The notes beneath the pieces were generated by a model. That model saw only the letters and a list, made by a program, of their open reading frames with translations, was not told where the DNA came from and searched no databases. Below are positions 1-11,954 of a DNA stretch of 64,000 bases, in pieces (the stretch's first letter is position 1; every line of letters begins with the position of its first letter). Source of the DNA: Felis catus (lineage: Eukaryota); contig NC_058382.1 of NCBI RefSeq assembly GCF_018350175.1, forward strand, positions 58,592,001 to 58,656,000, given 5' to 3'. Made by a program: the position numbers and the translations under genes.

Positions 1-199
1 GGGATGGCTCGGTCTCCGGGGTGCGGGAACCGGGGGCCTTGCTCTCCACCGTGCCCTCCCACGTCCTGGGGGAGTCCCCAGACAGGGCATGCGGCCAGGA
101 ACCACCTGGAGCTGCGTGTGGGAGGAGAGGGGGCCCCGGGCGGGGCCGGGACACCTGTGTCTGCCTCCCCTTTGCTGCCCCCAGCTGCGGGGCCGGGGC

Positions 200-260
200 T
201 AGGCCCTTCCCCTCCCGGTGTCTCAGTTTCTCCATCTGTAGAGTGGGGATTTGCCCATCT
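200..260 (+). mobile_element. MIR SINE core fragment
   Basis: tctcagtttctccatctgtagagtgggga resembles MIR core cctcagtttcctcatctgtaaaatgggga. Confidence 0.6.
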
Positions 261-270
261 GGCCAGGTGG

Positions 271-530
271 GCGCGCAATGTGGTAGCCACGTGTGAGTCT
301 GAACTGAGATCGCCCCCAAGTCTGGAATCCACAGCTGATTTCCAAAACTTCGTAGAGAAGACTGACTTAAAACGCCCTGCTAGTAAATGTTTCCATGCCG
401 GGTTACATGTTAAAAGGATAACATTTTGGAAAAATCGGGGGGCATAGAACAGACTGTTAAAATTAATTCATTTTGTCTCTTTTTACCTCGGTCACGGTGA
501 CCCACAGAGACTTTTAACTGACGGCCCTGC
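271..530. mobile_element. MER33-like hAT-Charlie MITE, decayed
   Basis: ggtagccac...gaactgagat...ttacatgttaaaaggataacattttgga...ttaaaattaattc follows the MER33 layout; same orientation as the copy at 57656. Confidence 0.6.
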
Positions 531-2089
531 CCTTACGCGCTCGTCTAGGTGGCGGGCTGCACGGTGGAACCGTCTGGGACGTTCACCAACCGCTGACCCA
601 TCCCTGGAGGCTCTCCTTCAGCCTTCCCGGGGCGCGGGCCGGGGTCTCGGGGTCTTCCAAGCTCCACGGGAGCCTCCCCTGATGTCTGGAGAGCCCCGCC
701 GTAGAGTGATTTGCAAGTTTCTACGGCGGGTGACCTTATAACCCCAGTGACGATGGGGGGGACGCCGAGTGCAGCTCATGGAGGCCACCATGGCTTGGGA
801 GTACAGGCCCCTGGGGCTGGGGTGGGGGGTGGGCAGAGGCCTCGGGAGGCTGAGAAAAGTGACGAGATGGCCGAGGCACGTGGGGCGGGGCTGGCGTGAG
901 TACCAGTAAGGGCAACGATCACGGCTTATGTCATTAGCCCAATCTTGCTCTGTGCCTTTCTAAATCTTAGGCTGTGTGTCGCTCCTAAGCGAAGGGTTTA
1001 GGGGCCCCGTGGGGCGGGGGTGGGACAGCGGGAGAAGTAATCAGGTTCTTAGGAGCTGTGATGTTCGGAGGGTGGACTGAGGTAATCCTGGGGATTCTGA
1101 CCCCTGCCCTGATCACAAGCGGGTCAGCGGGGAGCAGTACAGGGCCTCGGACCGTAGTCGGGATTGCCCCTCAGTTCCGCTCAAGGAGACCAAGGCTGTG
1201 ATTTCGGGGGAGAGCTGATCCCAGTTTTGGAAGCAGATAATCGCCCTTCAGAGGGAGCCTCGGTCGGGCGTCTTCGGAAACAGCTCCAGAGGCATGGAGG
1301 GACTGGGCTCCGTCTTCACACACCGGGATAGTTATTCCCCGGATTCTTGCGCTCTCTCTCCTTCCTACCTGGGAAGCACGTGAATGCAGGGCCCTGAGCC
1401 CGCCTTCTCAGCACGTGGCTCGCCGACCTGACGTGACATAACTCGGAGGAGAGGCGACCTCAGCCGGGCCGCTCTCACCGCACGTCCTCGGGCAGGGGAG
1501 CTCTTTGAGCCTCAGTCTCCTTGTTACAGATGAGGTTTATGCTATGCGGATCCAGATTTGAGAGGGGCTCTTGGGAGACCCGCCAGGGATGGATGCGGGC
1601 TTCTGAGCTTGTATCCCCCGCGTTAGTTGTCCCCGTGAAAAGACAGTGTGTGTATCCATACGTGCTCAATTGATAGGAAAGAGTGGAAAACAAAAATACA
1701 TGACAACTACGCGTAATCACAAGAGCTTTAGGCGGCCGGCGGTGAGGACGAGGTGCCTGTACCCGTGCCTCGGCTCCCTCACTGCACCGTGGGCCGGGGC
1801 GGGCAGCCCTCCGCGTAGGACGCCGGCGGCTCTAGGTGGGAGCTTCCTGGCTGCACGCAGGGGGTGGCGGAACCCGCGGGAGGAGACGGTGTCCGTTACA
1901 GACAGGCCAGCCGCGGGCTGCGCGGCGCTAGGAACCTCCTTTGATTTACCGAAGCAGCGGGTAGCATGCTGGTGTGACGCAGAAGGGGCCCCTGGGTGAC
2001 TACGTAGAAACCCACCTCCCGGACTGCTCCCTCGCGCCCCACACCTTGACCCGCTGTGGACTCGGGGGAGTCCCGGCCGGAGTGAGCCG

Positions 2090-2300
2090 TCAGGAGGTTT
2101 ATTAACTTGCCTCGCTACAGGGTCCGAGGGAGGGAAGCTCCAGGCTTGGCTCCGTTTTTAGCATTACCGTCCTCATCATGTTTGCCTTGGGGATCTCATG
2201 GGCCCAAGGTGGCTGCCACAGTTCCGGACCTCACACGTAGGCACAGAACCCTCCAGTCACACAGTGTGACAACACTGCCTCGCGTTTCCTAATGTCTTAA
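2090..2300 (-). mobile_element. Old MaLR LTR fragment (MLT1J/K-like)
   Basis: catgggcccaaggtggctgccacagttccggacctcac resembles the MLT1J/K antisense motif catggtcacaagatggctgcc..agctccag. Confidence 0.4.
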
Positions 2301-2689
2301 GGACGTCAGTGGACGTCTTGTGAACTATCCAGGCTGGGGGTGGGGACTCAGAGGCCAGGAGGGTGCGACAGACAGCCCTGCCTTGTGGACGGGGTGGGGG
2401 GGGGAGGATCTGGAGCTCACAGAAGCGAAGGGCACTGCTGAGGCCACGGCCACTTGGGGCCACAGGTGGGATGCTTGGGGCCCAGGAGGGACCCGTGGTA
2501 CGGGGACCGAGGTCTCCTGCCTCCCGTGTTAACAAAAGTACTTTTCCCTGAACACTGCCGACTGGTGTCACGTCCCGTGAGGCTCTCCCCGGAGCCGCCA
2601 GGTAAAACTCGCTGTTTGGGGCTCGCTGGAGGGCGCGAGGCTGTGTCTCTGGGGCGCTGGCTCCCCCTAGTGGATAAAACGAAGAATTG

Positions 2690-2898
2690 CACGGTGCTCC
2701 TTCGGGGTTCGCAGGGATTCCCTGAGCCCAGGAAACCCCCGACCCGCTGGCCAAAAGGCAGAGCCCCGCGCCTCTTCCTCCGGGATTTCGGATTCCGCAG
2801 GTGCGAGGCAGCACCTGCAGATGCGCATTTTAACAAGCGTCCGGGGTGACGTCGATGCCGCCGGTCCCCTGGCCATGCTTCGAGATCCACGGCCCCCC
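2690..2898. mobile_element. MER5-family hAT MITE
   Basis: gcattttaacaagcgtccggggtgacgtcgatgccgccggtcc matches the MER5A/B internal motif. Confidence 0.6.
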
Positions 2899-2934
2899 AG
2901 CAGTTCGGGGTCAGGGAAAGCCCACTGAACGCAT

Positions 2935-3045
2935 GTGGAGTCTGAAGACCGGGCTGCTAGCCTTGCTGTGTGACCTCGGGCAAGGCACATTCCCGCTCTG
3001 GGCCTCTGTGCTCTCATCCGTAAAGACCAGAGGGTCGGACTAGCC
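2935..3045 (+). mobile_element. MIR/MIR3 SINE
   Basis: gctgtgtgacctcgggcaag...ctctgggcctctgtgctctcatccgtaaa...ggtcggactag. Confidence 0.65.
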
Positions 3046-4139
3046 AGCGGGCCACGCGATTAGGAGCGTGAGCGCGTGTGTGGCTTCACCCACGTGATGG
3101 CGCCCGGTGCAGGCCCCCCGGGAGCACACGCTGTGCCACTCGGTCTGTATCAAGTTCAGCAACAGGCAGAAGAAAGCTGTGCTGGTTGGAAGTCAGGAGA
3201 ACGGCTGCCCTTTTGGACGTGGGGGGACGGGGTGCCCACGAGGGGAGGCGGAGGGCGTTCTGGCGGGGGACGCTCTGCTTCTCCCTGGGTGCTGTTTGCG
3301 TGGGTCGCTCCGCACCACGGACCTGGGCACTTTGTGTATGTTTGTTAGGAAGGGTTGGGAGGGCGTGAGGTCTCGGGGCCTCGCTGGCTCCGGGTCCCAG
3401 CCCAGCTGCCTCTTGCTGCTGGGCTCAGCGCCCGGGAAGGGCCCCCGCAGGGAAGGGGAGCTCTTTGCCTGGGGTTTGGCGCGCGTGTTCTGAGGTCACG
3501 CCAAGAGGCGGCTGGTGGAGGATGCAGAGATGGGTTAAGGGCTCAACTTCCCCGGAGGGAAGACGTGGGTCTGACTGGGGCTCCCGGGGCGGAGGGGGGG
3601 GGGTTGCCTGGGCAACCGGCTGTTGTCAGAAAAACAGAACAATGTGAGAAGGCGGCAGGGTCACAGAAGAAAAGACCCTCCGGGGAACTCACGCACCCAG
3701 AAGAATTAAGAGGAAGCGGTCGGAGCCGCTGGACACGCTTCCCCAAAGTGCAGCCCGCCTCCCGGCCACCCCGGGACGTGTCGCATGAATCGGACGTTTG
3801 CAGATCAAATATCCTTTCTCCTTGACAGATCCCATGATCCCAGAGCCGGAGTTCCAAAGACGAATCGTGGGGGCTGTGGTCTGCCCAGCTTCCCCCGGTT
3901 TTGAGGTCAGATGTGGCCAAGTTACATTCTATAATCACCTGCATTCAACTGGTCCTTATCTGCCCCAGGCCCAGTATTGCCTCTTAAAGACCCCCTCCCC
4001 CCGCCCCCCACCCCCGTCATGGTCAGGGGGGTCAAGGCGCCCCCCCCCCCAGACAGGGGACGCAGCCTCTCCGAGGATAGCAGGCCCCCGGGACACACGC
4101 ACGCTGCCCACCATGGTGATCTGGAATTGTGAGGCAGAC

Positions 4140-5110
4140 GTGTGCCCCCTCGGGGCGTGGCTCCAGCTGACGACTCCCGCAAAGGCCCGAGTACAGGGTC
4201 CGTCCCGGGTGGCAGAAGAACCAGGCCTCCGCGCCAGGCGGGTGCGTGCTCGGACCCTGCTTCTGCCCAAGGGTCCGTGCGGACCCCGGGCGAGCGGACC
4301 CCCTCCCCCCGCCCCAGCCTCCCGAGGTGGACCCCGGACAGGGACCCACGCGGCGTGCGAGGGCGTGGCGCACATACGGCGTTCGGAGAACCGTCCTCCG
4401 CGGCCTCCCCCTACGGACGAGTTCTGGGCCCCCCTCCGCCTTCCCTGCCCAGCCCGCCGTCGGCCCGTTCCCACTGCGCGTCCTGGAGCTGGTACGTTGA
4501 AGATGTCCCCGGGGGGGGGGGGGGTCGGCACCGGCAAGGCCAACGGCAGGATGGGCTCCCTGCGACCGCCCTTCTCGTCGCCACCGCATCGGGTGGATAC
4601 GCCCCGGGCTAGGGGAGCTCACGTGGCAGACAGCGCACGAGGGAGAAACTGCGGACTGTTTCTGCGCACGGAAACCAGGGGCTCCCAGAACGGGGCGTCT
4701 TGTGCTGGGGCCACACGGCGAGTGGGGGGCAGAGGACTGTTGGAGCCCGGGCCTCCCTGTGTCCAGAGTCCCTGTGCCATCCCCGGAGCGCTGAAGATCG
4801 GCGTCCCCGGCCTGCCCGGTCTTGTCCTGCTCGTCTGTCCCCCGCCATGTGTCTCCACAGGGTTTCCTGTTTTCTCTGTTACCCATTCGCTCCCTCCCCG
4901 TTAAACAAGGGGAAGCGCAGGCCGCGTGTGGCGCCGGGTGGGGGGTGGGGGTGGGGGTGGCCCGCGACACTGACCGGAGGGGCTCAGTCTTGGAGCACGG
5001 GGCTGCGGGGCCCGGGGACCCGACGCACACGCACAGCTTGGGGAAGCTTCTCGCGCACGTGACGGGGCAGCACCGCGATCCTCTCCACTCTGCGCGGGGC
5101 AGCGTCTACA
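4140..5110. promoter_or_regulatory. CpG-island-like segment with no identifiable gene
   Basis: Visibly dense CpG and GC content in apparently non-repeat sequence; observed/expected ratio not computed. Confidence 0.45.
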
Positions 5111-5133
5111 CGGGCTGCCAATACTGGGAGGAG

Positions 5134-5147
5134 CCTGCAGGGGGCGC
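5134..5147 (+). promoter_or_regulatory. Candidate CTCF site
   Basis: CCTGCAGGGGGCGC matches the CTCF core CCASYAGRKGGCRS at 13 of 14 positions. Confidence 0.4.
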
Positions 5148-5393
5148 AGTGTGGCCCTGCAGGGCCCGGGGTCTTTCCAAGAAGCAGAGCTGGGGGGGCG
5201 GGGGGGACCGGCCACCTTGCCCCAGGCCTGGCCGCGTGGGGCATCTCTTGCAGCGTTCATGAGCTTCGGAGCCGCGTTTAGAGGAGGAAGGCAGGTTTGG
5301 AAAACACAAGTCAAACAGCAAAGCCTGGGCTGTGCAGTCTCGCACCATCACCACAGCCCTTCCCCGACGTTATTATTAGGTCGGTACCCTGAT

Positions 5394-5560
5394 ATTAATA
5401 ACAATAAAGCGACCTCCGGCACGTGCCAGGCGCAGCAGCGGCTCACGGAGTCCGAAGGGTGACCCTTTGAAGGACGCCCCTTTGCCCGTCCTGTTTGACG
5501 GAGGCAGGAGCACCACCGGAGTCAGGATTCGAACCCAGGCGGCCGAACGGCAGAGACCAC
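5394..5560 (-). mobile_element. MIR SINE
   Basis: taataacaataa..gtgccaggc...ggattcgaacccaggc, the antisense MIR layout with B-box. Confidence 0.55.
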
Positions 5561-6497
5561 ACCAGAATTATTCTCCCGCCTCCAGCAATGACAGCTGAGT
5601 TCCTTTCATCTCCGGGTTCTGACTGAGCTTCCGGGACCCTGACACGGTCGACATCACACCCTGACAGCTCTGTGAACCTTCAGGGGCCCCCCTGAGGCTG
5701 GGGCTTTATGTAGCTTCCAGACCGGCCCGGCCCTTCTGGAATCTTCTGACCCTGCGCATGAGGTCAGGGTGCCAACTCCCACCTCTCCCCCCGGAGCCTC
5801 CTGGGAGAAGTGCTCTGGGCTGGTACATCTGTCGGCTGTGGACAAAATGTGAGCTCTGGGCCGTTTGAGAGCCATGTGGGGCTCCAGCTGTCGGGACTAG
5901 CCCGGAGGAGAGGGTGGGGACGGGAGGCCCTGGCCGGCAGCCTGGTCCTTCCCTCCCGGCTCAGCCTCTCCAGGCCTGCTGACACCTCGGTCCCCTCCCT
6001 GCCTGCGGAGAGAGATAAGCATCTTTCCCGGGAGGCCATAAGTCACCTTCTGGCCCAAATTAAAGTGTGCCGAGCCTTCTGGCAAGGGGGCTGCTGCTCT
6101 CGGAGCCCCATAACAGCGAGGGGCTGGCCGCCTGGGCCCCTGGATCCTGGAGTCTCATCCATCAGCTGGGCGGCTTTGATTCTGATAACGGTTTGATCTC
6201 CCGTGACATCCTGTCACTGGGCTGGGGGAGGTTTATGGCCCCACTTCCCCCCCAGGCCTCGAATTGAGCTCAGTGGCTCCAGGGGACCCTGTCCAGCCTG
6301 GAGGTGGCCTGCATCCGGCCCAGGAGCCTGCTGGCCTGGAGGCCTGTGTTTGAAAGGAAGCAAAGGGGTAGGGGACAAGAACCCTGGCCTTGGAGGAAAG
6401 ACGTGAAAATGGTTCCTAGAAACAGCCTCACACGGGGCTACTTTCTGTTGCCTTTTTGAACACTTGCCTCGTGTCATTGCTGTCACTTGCGGGTCGC

Positions 6498-6560
6498 TTT
6501 CAGATGAGGAAACTGAGGCTCAGAGAGAGAGAGAGAGTTGCTCAGGCTGCCTGCCTGAGG
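6498..6560 (-). mobile_element. MIR core fragment
   Basis: cagatgaggaaactgaggctcagagag is the antisense MIR core. Confidence 0.7.
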
Positions 6561-6789
6561 CCACAGCTCTGGGTCTCCCTAGCACGAGAAAGTTTCCCAG
6601 ATGGAGAGGCAGGCGGGGCTGAGCCCTAAACACACGGGCTCACTTGGGGGACAGAAGTCTGCTTCATCGGGAAGAAAGTCTGGCGGGGGGGCGGGGACGG
6701 TGGGTTCCCAACAGGTCCTTAACGCTCCGGAACATTTGCTGATCTCGCTCCGGGTTTTACCGCCATTATTGTGGGTTGCGGGTACAGCT

Positions 6790-7140
6790 CTATTATTTTT
6801 TAACCTGTTCGTATATTTTTTTAAAACGTGACATCATCTCACACCTACGAAAGAGCCGCCAGCGCGGGGCAAGGGAGCTCTCCGTGTCCCCGCCATCAGC
6901 CCTCGGTCCCCGGCCACCAGACGGCCCAGAAGTGCTTGCCTGACAAGGGCTCCCCCTCAGGACCAGGGCCCCGCGTGGCACTTGGCGGCTGAGCGTGGGG
7001 GGCTGGAGGGCTGCGCGTTCTTACCGTGACTGTGGTCTTGTCGTCTGCAGAGGGCAGGGGGGTTATGCTGCAGACCGTCCCCCAGTTTGGGTTTGTCCGA
7101 CTGCTTCTCCACGGCTGATCTGACTGACGTGGGGTGACTT
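6790..7140 (-). mobile_element. L1MC-type LINE-1 3' UTR fragment, GC-shifted
   Basis: T-rich start, then gtcccccagtttgggtttgtccga resembling L1MC gtccctcaatttgggtttgtctga. Confidence 0.45.
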
Positions 7141-7249
7141 GCAGGAAGGCGCCCTGCTCAGCGCCTCCTGTCAGGTGGTCCAGCAGGGGAGCTCGTAGTC
7201 GCCTTCCACGTATCGGTTCGTGTCGTTCTCCTGACAAACCCATGCTGCG

Positions 7250-7372
7250 GATTATTGGTCATGGTTTCTGGGTAAGGAAACGATGGCACAGAGAGGTTGA
7301 GTCATCTGCCCCAGGTCACACAGCCAGCAGGTCGCAGAGTGGGGACTGGAACCCAGAGTCCAGGCCCGTGTG
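7250..7372 (-). mobile_element. MIR SINE
   Basis: aggaaacgatggcacagagaggttgagtcatctgccccaggtcacacagc...ggactggaacccag. Confidence 0.7.
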
Positions 7373-10179
7373 TCTGAAGCTTGGGCAGCTGTCTCCTCGG
7401 CCGCGTTTGCCTCTAGACCCTGTGCTCCTGGGAGGAAGCAGAGTCTCCGTCAATTCTTGTGTAAAGATTCTAGAAGCTACGGTCACACAGCCAGCTGGTA
7501 GCAGGCACGTGTTCCCAAGCCCGGGGCTGGCCTCGGTCACCACCGTCTCCCTGTGCCGCGTGGGGCGAGCCCGCCTGCTTCTTGGCTTTCGGGGCTGCCC
7601 CGGACCTTCCTCCCGTCCTCCCTCCCACCTCCCACCCCCGTCTATCTCTGCCCCTGTGCTGCTCCCCGGCTCCACAGCCCCAGGGCTTTCCCTAGCAGCC
7701 CCAGAGGCCAGGCTGGGGGCGCTGCTGACCCCACCTCCAGGCAGACCTCAGGAGGTCCAGGATTCCTGAAGTGGACAAAGCATGTTCTGGAAGAAAGGAG
7801 AAGCAGGTTAGGGGGCCGCCTGGGTTTGGAAAGTTCAGACCCATCCTGGGCACGTCTGTCTCCAGGAGAACCGAGCCCGTCCCTCCACACGTTCCGGGGG
7901 GGCTCAGGAAGGCTGCTCCCGGGAGCCCCCGGGGCGGAGGAGGCCACTGACGAGATGCAAACCTCTGCAGAGGTCTCCCCCAGCCCACTCGGAGGGTGAC
8001 AGGGAAGGGGCCGGCTGCTCTCTGCCTCCTGCAGCCCCCACAGTGAAGCCCCCACCCACCCTGCCCCAGGCCCACACCCGTCTCCTGGCCGCCTCTGGTC
8101 CCAGGCATGTGGCTCTGAGCGGGGCTCTGAGGCCACGAGAGTGGATCGCTTGTGGGGTTTGGGAGAGGGTTGTCCCGGAAATGTCCATGGGAGAAGCCCC
8201 TGGGGTGGGGAGGGAGAGACAGAGCAAGCCACAGAGAGAGAGAGAGAGCAGAGGTGGGGGGAGAAGGACTGAGAACAGAAGCAGGTGAAGCGAGAGCCGC
8301 ACCCACAGGGATGCAGGGGAGCCGACTTGGAGCCGGTGTCTCGGGGACACCCGGAGACGAGACAAGGAGAAGGGCAGACGGGGTGGGCAGAGACGGTGGC
8401 AGCCAGCCTCCCCCCGGGCACCGGGAGGGCACCTGACACAGCAGGGGCTCCCGGTCTGGGGAGGGGAGCAGCCTACCTGGCTGTGTGTGCCCACCATCCC
8501 CAGACCCTCGTCCTGACCTGCCCGGGGAGCCAGTGGGCGCCTGGGTTGTGGGAGCGCAGAGAACACGGGCGGGTGTGTGTCCGCCCTTCGGGGGCCGTGT
8601 GCACTCGAGCGTGCATCCTGGCTGCCTTCCCTGTCCTCTTCCTGAGAGCCAACCTCCCCATCCCAGAGCCTGGCCCGGGGTCTCCCCGGATCCCCACCCA
8701 GGAGCCTCCCCACAGGGCTCCAGACCCCCTCCCCCACCCAGAGCCTCCCTCCCATCTGAGTAGGTTGCTGGGTGGGCAGCAGGGCTTGGGGACAGAGGCT
8801 GGTGACTAGGGTGGTCCCGATGGACCTGGCTGACTCCCACCTCCACGTGGGGGTGTCGGGGCTCAGGTCCGTGACAGCCTTCCTGAGCGGGCCTTTGGTG
8901 GCAGGGCGGACGGCCAGCTGGTCCCCATGCTCACTCACGTCCTCCTGACCCCCCACGGCAACCCGCACAACCCCCTCACTGCTTCCCTCCATCCAGCCCC
9001 AGCCTCGGCCACGAGCACCTCGAAGTTATCTGAGTCTCTGATTCCAGCCCCAGTGGCTCCTGTCCCGGCTGAGAGCGGGTGGAGCCCTCGGGAAAGTCAC
9101 TCGCGTCCCTGGGCCTCAGTCTCCTCATCTGTAAGAGACGCAGAGACTCTCCATGACACTTTCTCTATTTTTTTGTTTTTGCACCACGCTATCTGTGAAA
9201 ACAAGGCAAACAGAAGCAAAACAAGGCAAAAGAGAATCCCAGCGCGGCCCTTGGGGCGCAGCGGACTCGTTGGCATCCGGCCCCGTCGCCCGCCAGGCTC
9301 CCAAGCCTTGTTTAGTCCATGTGCGAAAGAGGGACAGTGAGGTCCTTACCCCGGGGCGTCTGAGGGGCTGAGACCAGGCCCGTGAGGGCCCGCACCCCTG
9401 GCTGGCGAGCCCCCGCTCAGGACACGGGCGGCCCCTGCCGCCTGCCGGTTGTGATTCCCGCAGCGCGAGGCCCCTGAGCCATCCCCGGGGGGCCGGTCGG
9501 CTCAGGGGAGGCCTGGAGAGGTTCCCAGGCCCTGGGGAGGCTCCCCAGTGGCACGCCGTCCTCTCCCCCCTAATCCTCTCGCCTTCCAGACAGAGCCCCG
9601 GAGACTTTGTTCTGCATGTGGTTTCTGGGGCGCTTCGGCCGAGCTGACGGAACGAGGAAATGCCGGCACGGTTCCCAGAAGCGCCTGGCTCCGCGCTGCC
9701 CTGGTCGCATCCGCCGACGGCCGAGACCAAAGCCGCCTCGCGCTTCTGACGTCTGACAGCGGGGCGCGTCGACAGCGGCGGGGGCCAGGCGGGCGTTCCT
9801 GCTGTCCGCGCCCCCTGGGACCTCGGCTGGCTCTGGGCTCCCTTTGAAGCTACTGGGAACTCGGTGCCCAGGGCGGCCCTCGGCGATCCCAGACAGGATG
9901 AGGCTCTCGGTCCCAAGGGCCTGCTCCAGGGGCGACGGGAACTTCCCGAGCCCGGTCTTGGCCGGGAGCACGGGGATCGAGTCAGGGCCACTCGACGGGT
10001 CCGGCCTCCCGTCTTCATCCACCCGTCCACGGATGTAGCATTTCCCCTGGTTTTCAGAGACGGCTCTGCCATCCGTCAAGTGGGATGTAATGCTATTTTG
10101 TGGGGTTGCTCTGACATCCGGTGAGATATTCCAGGTAGAATGTCCTGACGTGGCAAATGCACACGATCGTCGTGACACG

Positions 10180-10380
10180 ATAGGCGGTTCAGTGTTCTGA
10201 CTCTGGGGCCACAGGCCTCCTGAGTTCAAACCCAGGCTCCGCCGCCCATCGGCTCTGTGACGTCAGGCCAGTCCCTTAGCCTCTCTGGGCCTTGGTTTTC
10301 TCACCCGTAAAGGGCTATGGCCGTAGTACCAGCTTCATAGAGTTGTTGACATTTACCAAGCCTGGAATCTGTTAAGCGCT
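10180..10380 (+). mobile_element. MIR SINE, near full length
   Basis: gagttcaaacccaggctcc...ctgtgacgtcagg...cctctctgggccttggttttctcacccgtaaa...tcatagagttgttg. Confidence 0.75.
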
Positions 10381-10382
10381 CC

Positions 10383-10620
10383 GGGCTGCAAAAGTTCCAG
10401 GCATCACGTCTATAACCACTCCGTTTGTAAGGAGATAGAGCTTGTTCCTAAGAATGGACTCTTCTTTCCCAGAAACTTCCAGCAAGTGCCCCATCACATC
10501 TTGTTGGCCCCAGATGGATCACGTGTCCATTCGGGGACCAGTCCTTCTGGCCAGAGGAATGAAATGCTGTGTGTGTTTTAGGTCTGACTTACCTGGGCTG
10601 ATTTCTCTGATAAGGACTGA
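10383..10620 (-). mobile_element. MLT1K/L-like MaLR LTR fragment
   Basis: tttcccagaaacttccagca...cacatcttgttggccccagatggatcacgtgtcca. Confidence 0.45.
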
Positions 10621-10709
10621 CACCTGAACCTTGGGGAAGGCTCAGCCCCTCCTCACCTGTGTCTATGTCACAATGAGGCAGGGTGGAAGGGATCTGGGGA
10701 CACGTCTGC

Positions 10710-10950
10710 AATGCTCACCACGCGTTCCCGGTATGTGGGGCTTTGTGCCAGGCCCTGGGGTCGCGGTGAACGGGACATTAACCCGTGCTCTGATGAACCT
10801 CACACTTGGTGGGAAGGACAGAAAGTGAGCAGACCCGTGCGGTGCTGTAATCGGGTGGGCACGGGCAGAGACAGCTGGTCCGGAGAGGGCGATGGCCAGG
10901 ACAGTAGTTTTGGAGGCGAACATGAACTGAGACCTAGCCTCGGGAGGGGA
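10710..10950 (-). mobile_element. L2 LINE 3' fragment
   Basis: tgtgccaggccctgggg...ggtgaac...ccgtgctctgatgaacctcacacttggtggga...tgaactgagacct, the antisense L2 layout. Confidence 0.5.
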
Positions 10951-11014
10951 GAGGGAGGGAGCGAGCTTCAGGCACAGAGAGGGTCACGATGGAAGGGCTG
11001 TCCTCGGAGGGAGG

Positions 11015-11233
11015 CTCGTGTGTTCTGTGATTGATTCGCGATGTCTGGCATGGGGGGCCTCGTGTGTTCTGTGATTGATTCGCGATGTCTGGCATGGGGG
11101 GGCCTCGTGTGTTCTGTGATTGATTCGCGATGTCTGGCATGGGGGGGCCTCGTGTGTTCTGTGATTGATTCGCGATGTCTGGCATGGGGGGGCCTCGTGT
11201 GTTCTGTGATTGATTCGTGATGTCTGGCATGGG
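11015..11233. repeat. Minisatellite, 44-45 bp unit, ~4.9 copies
   Basis: Unit ctcgtgtgttctgtgattgattcgcgatgtctggcatg(g)n c starts at 11015, 11059, 11104, 11149 and 11194; copies are nearly identical. Confidence 0.97.
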
Positions 11234-11892
11234 TACAGTTTGAGGCAGGTAAGATGTGCGCGGAAAAGTGAATCTGCTTCAAGGGGACTGACATTGCAGA
11301 GCAAATTAGGCCGTTATCCTAAAAACAAGAACACCAACACTCCACCAAAATTATGAACGTAAGCTCATTAGAAAAATCCGCTGTTTAAGAAAATTAAGAA
11401 TAATTGCATCTCTGAGCTCAGTCTTAGACCAATGTGTGCAGTTGTTTGTGTAATTTTCTACCGTTTTGCCACAGCAGGAGACAGCTCATATCCAGGGTCT
11501 GATCAGCCTGGGGGTTTAGAGGCTAGGAACTCTTGCTCCCCCAGGGGACAGCTCTTGGGGGGGGGGTGACCCCATCTGTCCTGCTCTCCATAGAGACAAC
11601 TGGGGCCTCTCCTGGATAGGGTCTCCTCCCCCAGCTTCTTCCACTCCTTTCCCTCCCTTCCCTTTTCCCTGGACTCCCTAAATCTCCTGCCGACCAGGGG
11701 TCGGCCGCTGGCGACACCTGGCTCAACAATTTCTAGAGTCCCTTTCTCCTGAGTTGGAGGTAAGGGCGGGAGGTGAAGGTCTCTGAACAGCAACCTAATC
11801 AATCCCACCATTTTCCAAACCCAGACTGGACAATCTCTGACCGAGTCCTGCAAGGCTGCCTCATTGTAATTCAGAGACCCAGCACCTTGTGA

Positions 11893-11895
<3 letters not shown>

Positions 11896-11936
<41 letters not shown>

Positions 11937-11954
11937 CCCCCCCCCCCCCCCCCC
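11896..11954. repeat. (TC)n microsatellite followed by a C19 run
   Basis: Directly visible. Confidence 0.97.

Noticed and set aside
3798..5030. Long overlapping ORFs of 368 and 332 aa (similarly 7692-8992, 9125-10072, 44867-45784)
   Set aside because: Pro/Gly/Arg/Ala-rich, open in several frames on both strands, with no recognisable domain; expected in stop-poor GC-rich DNA.
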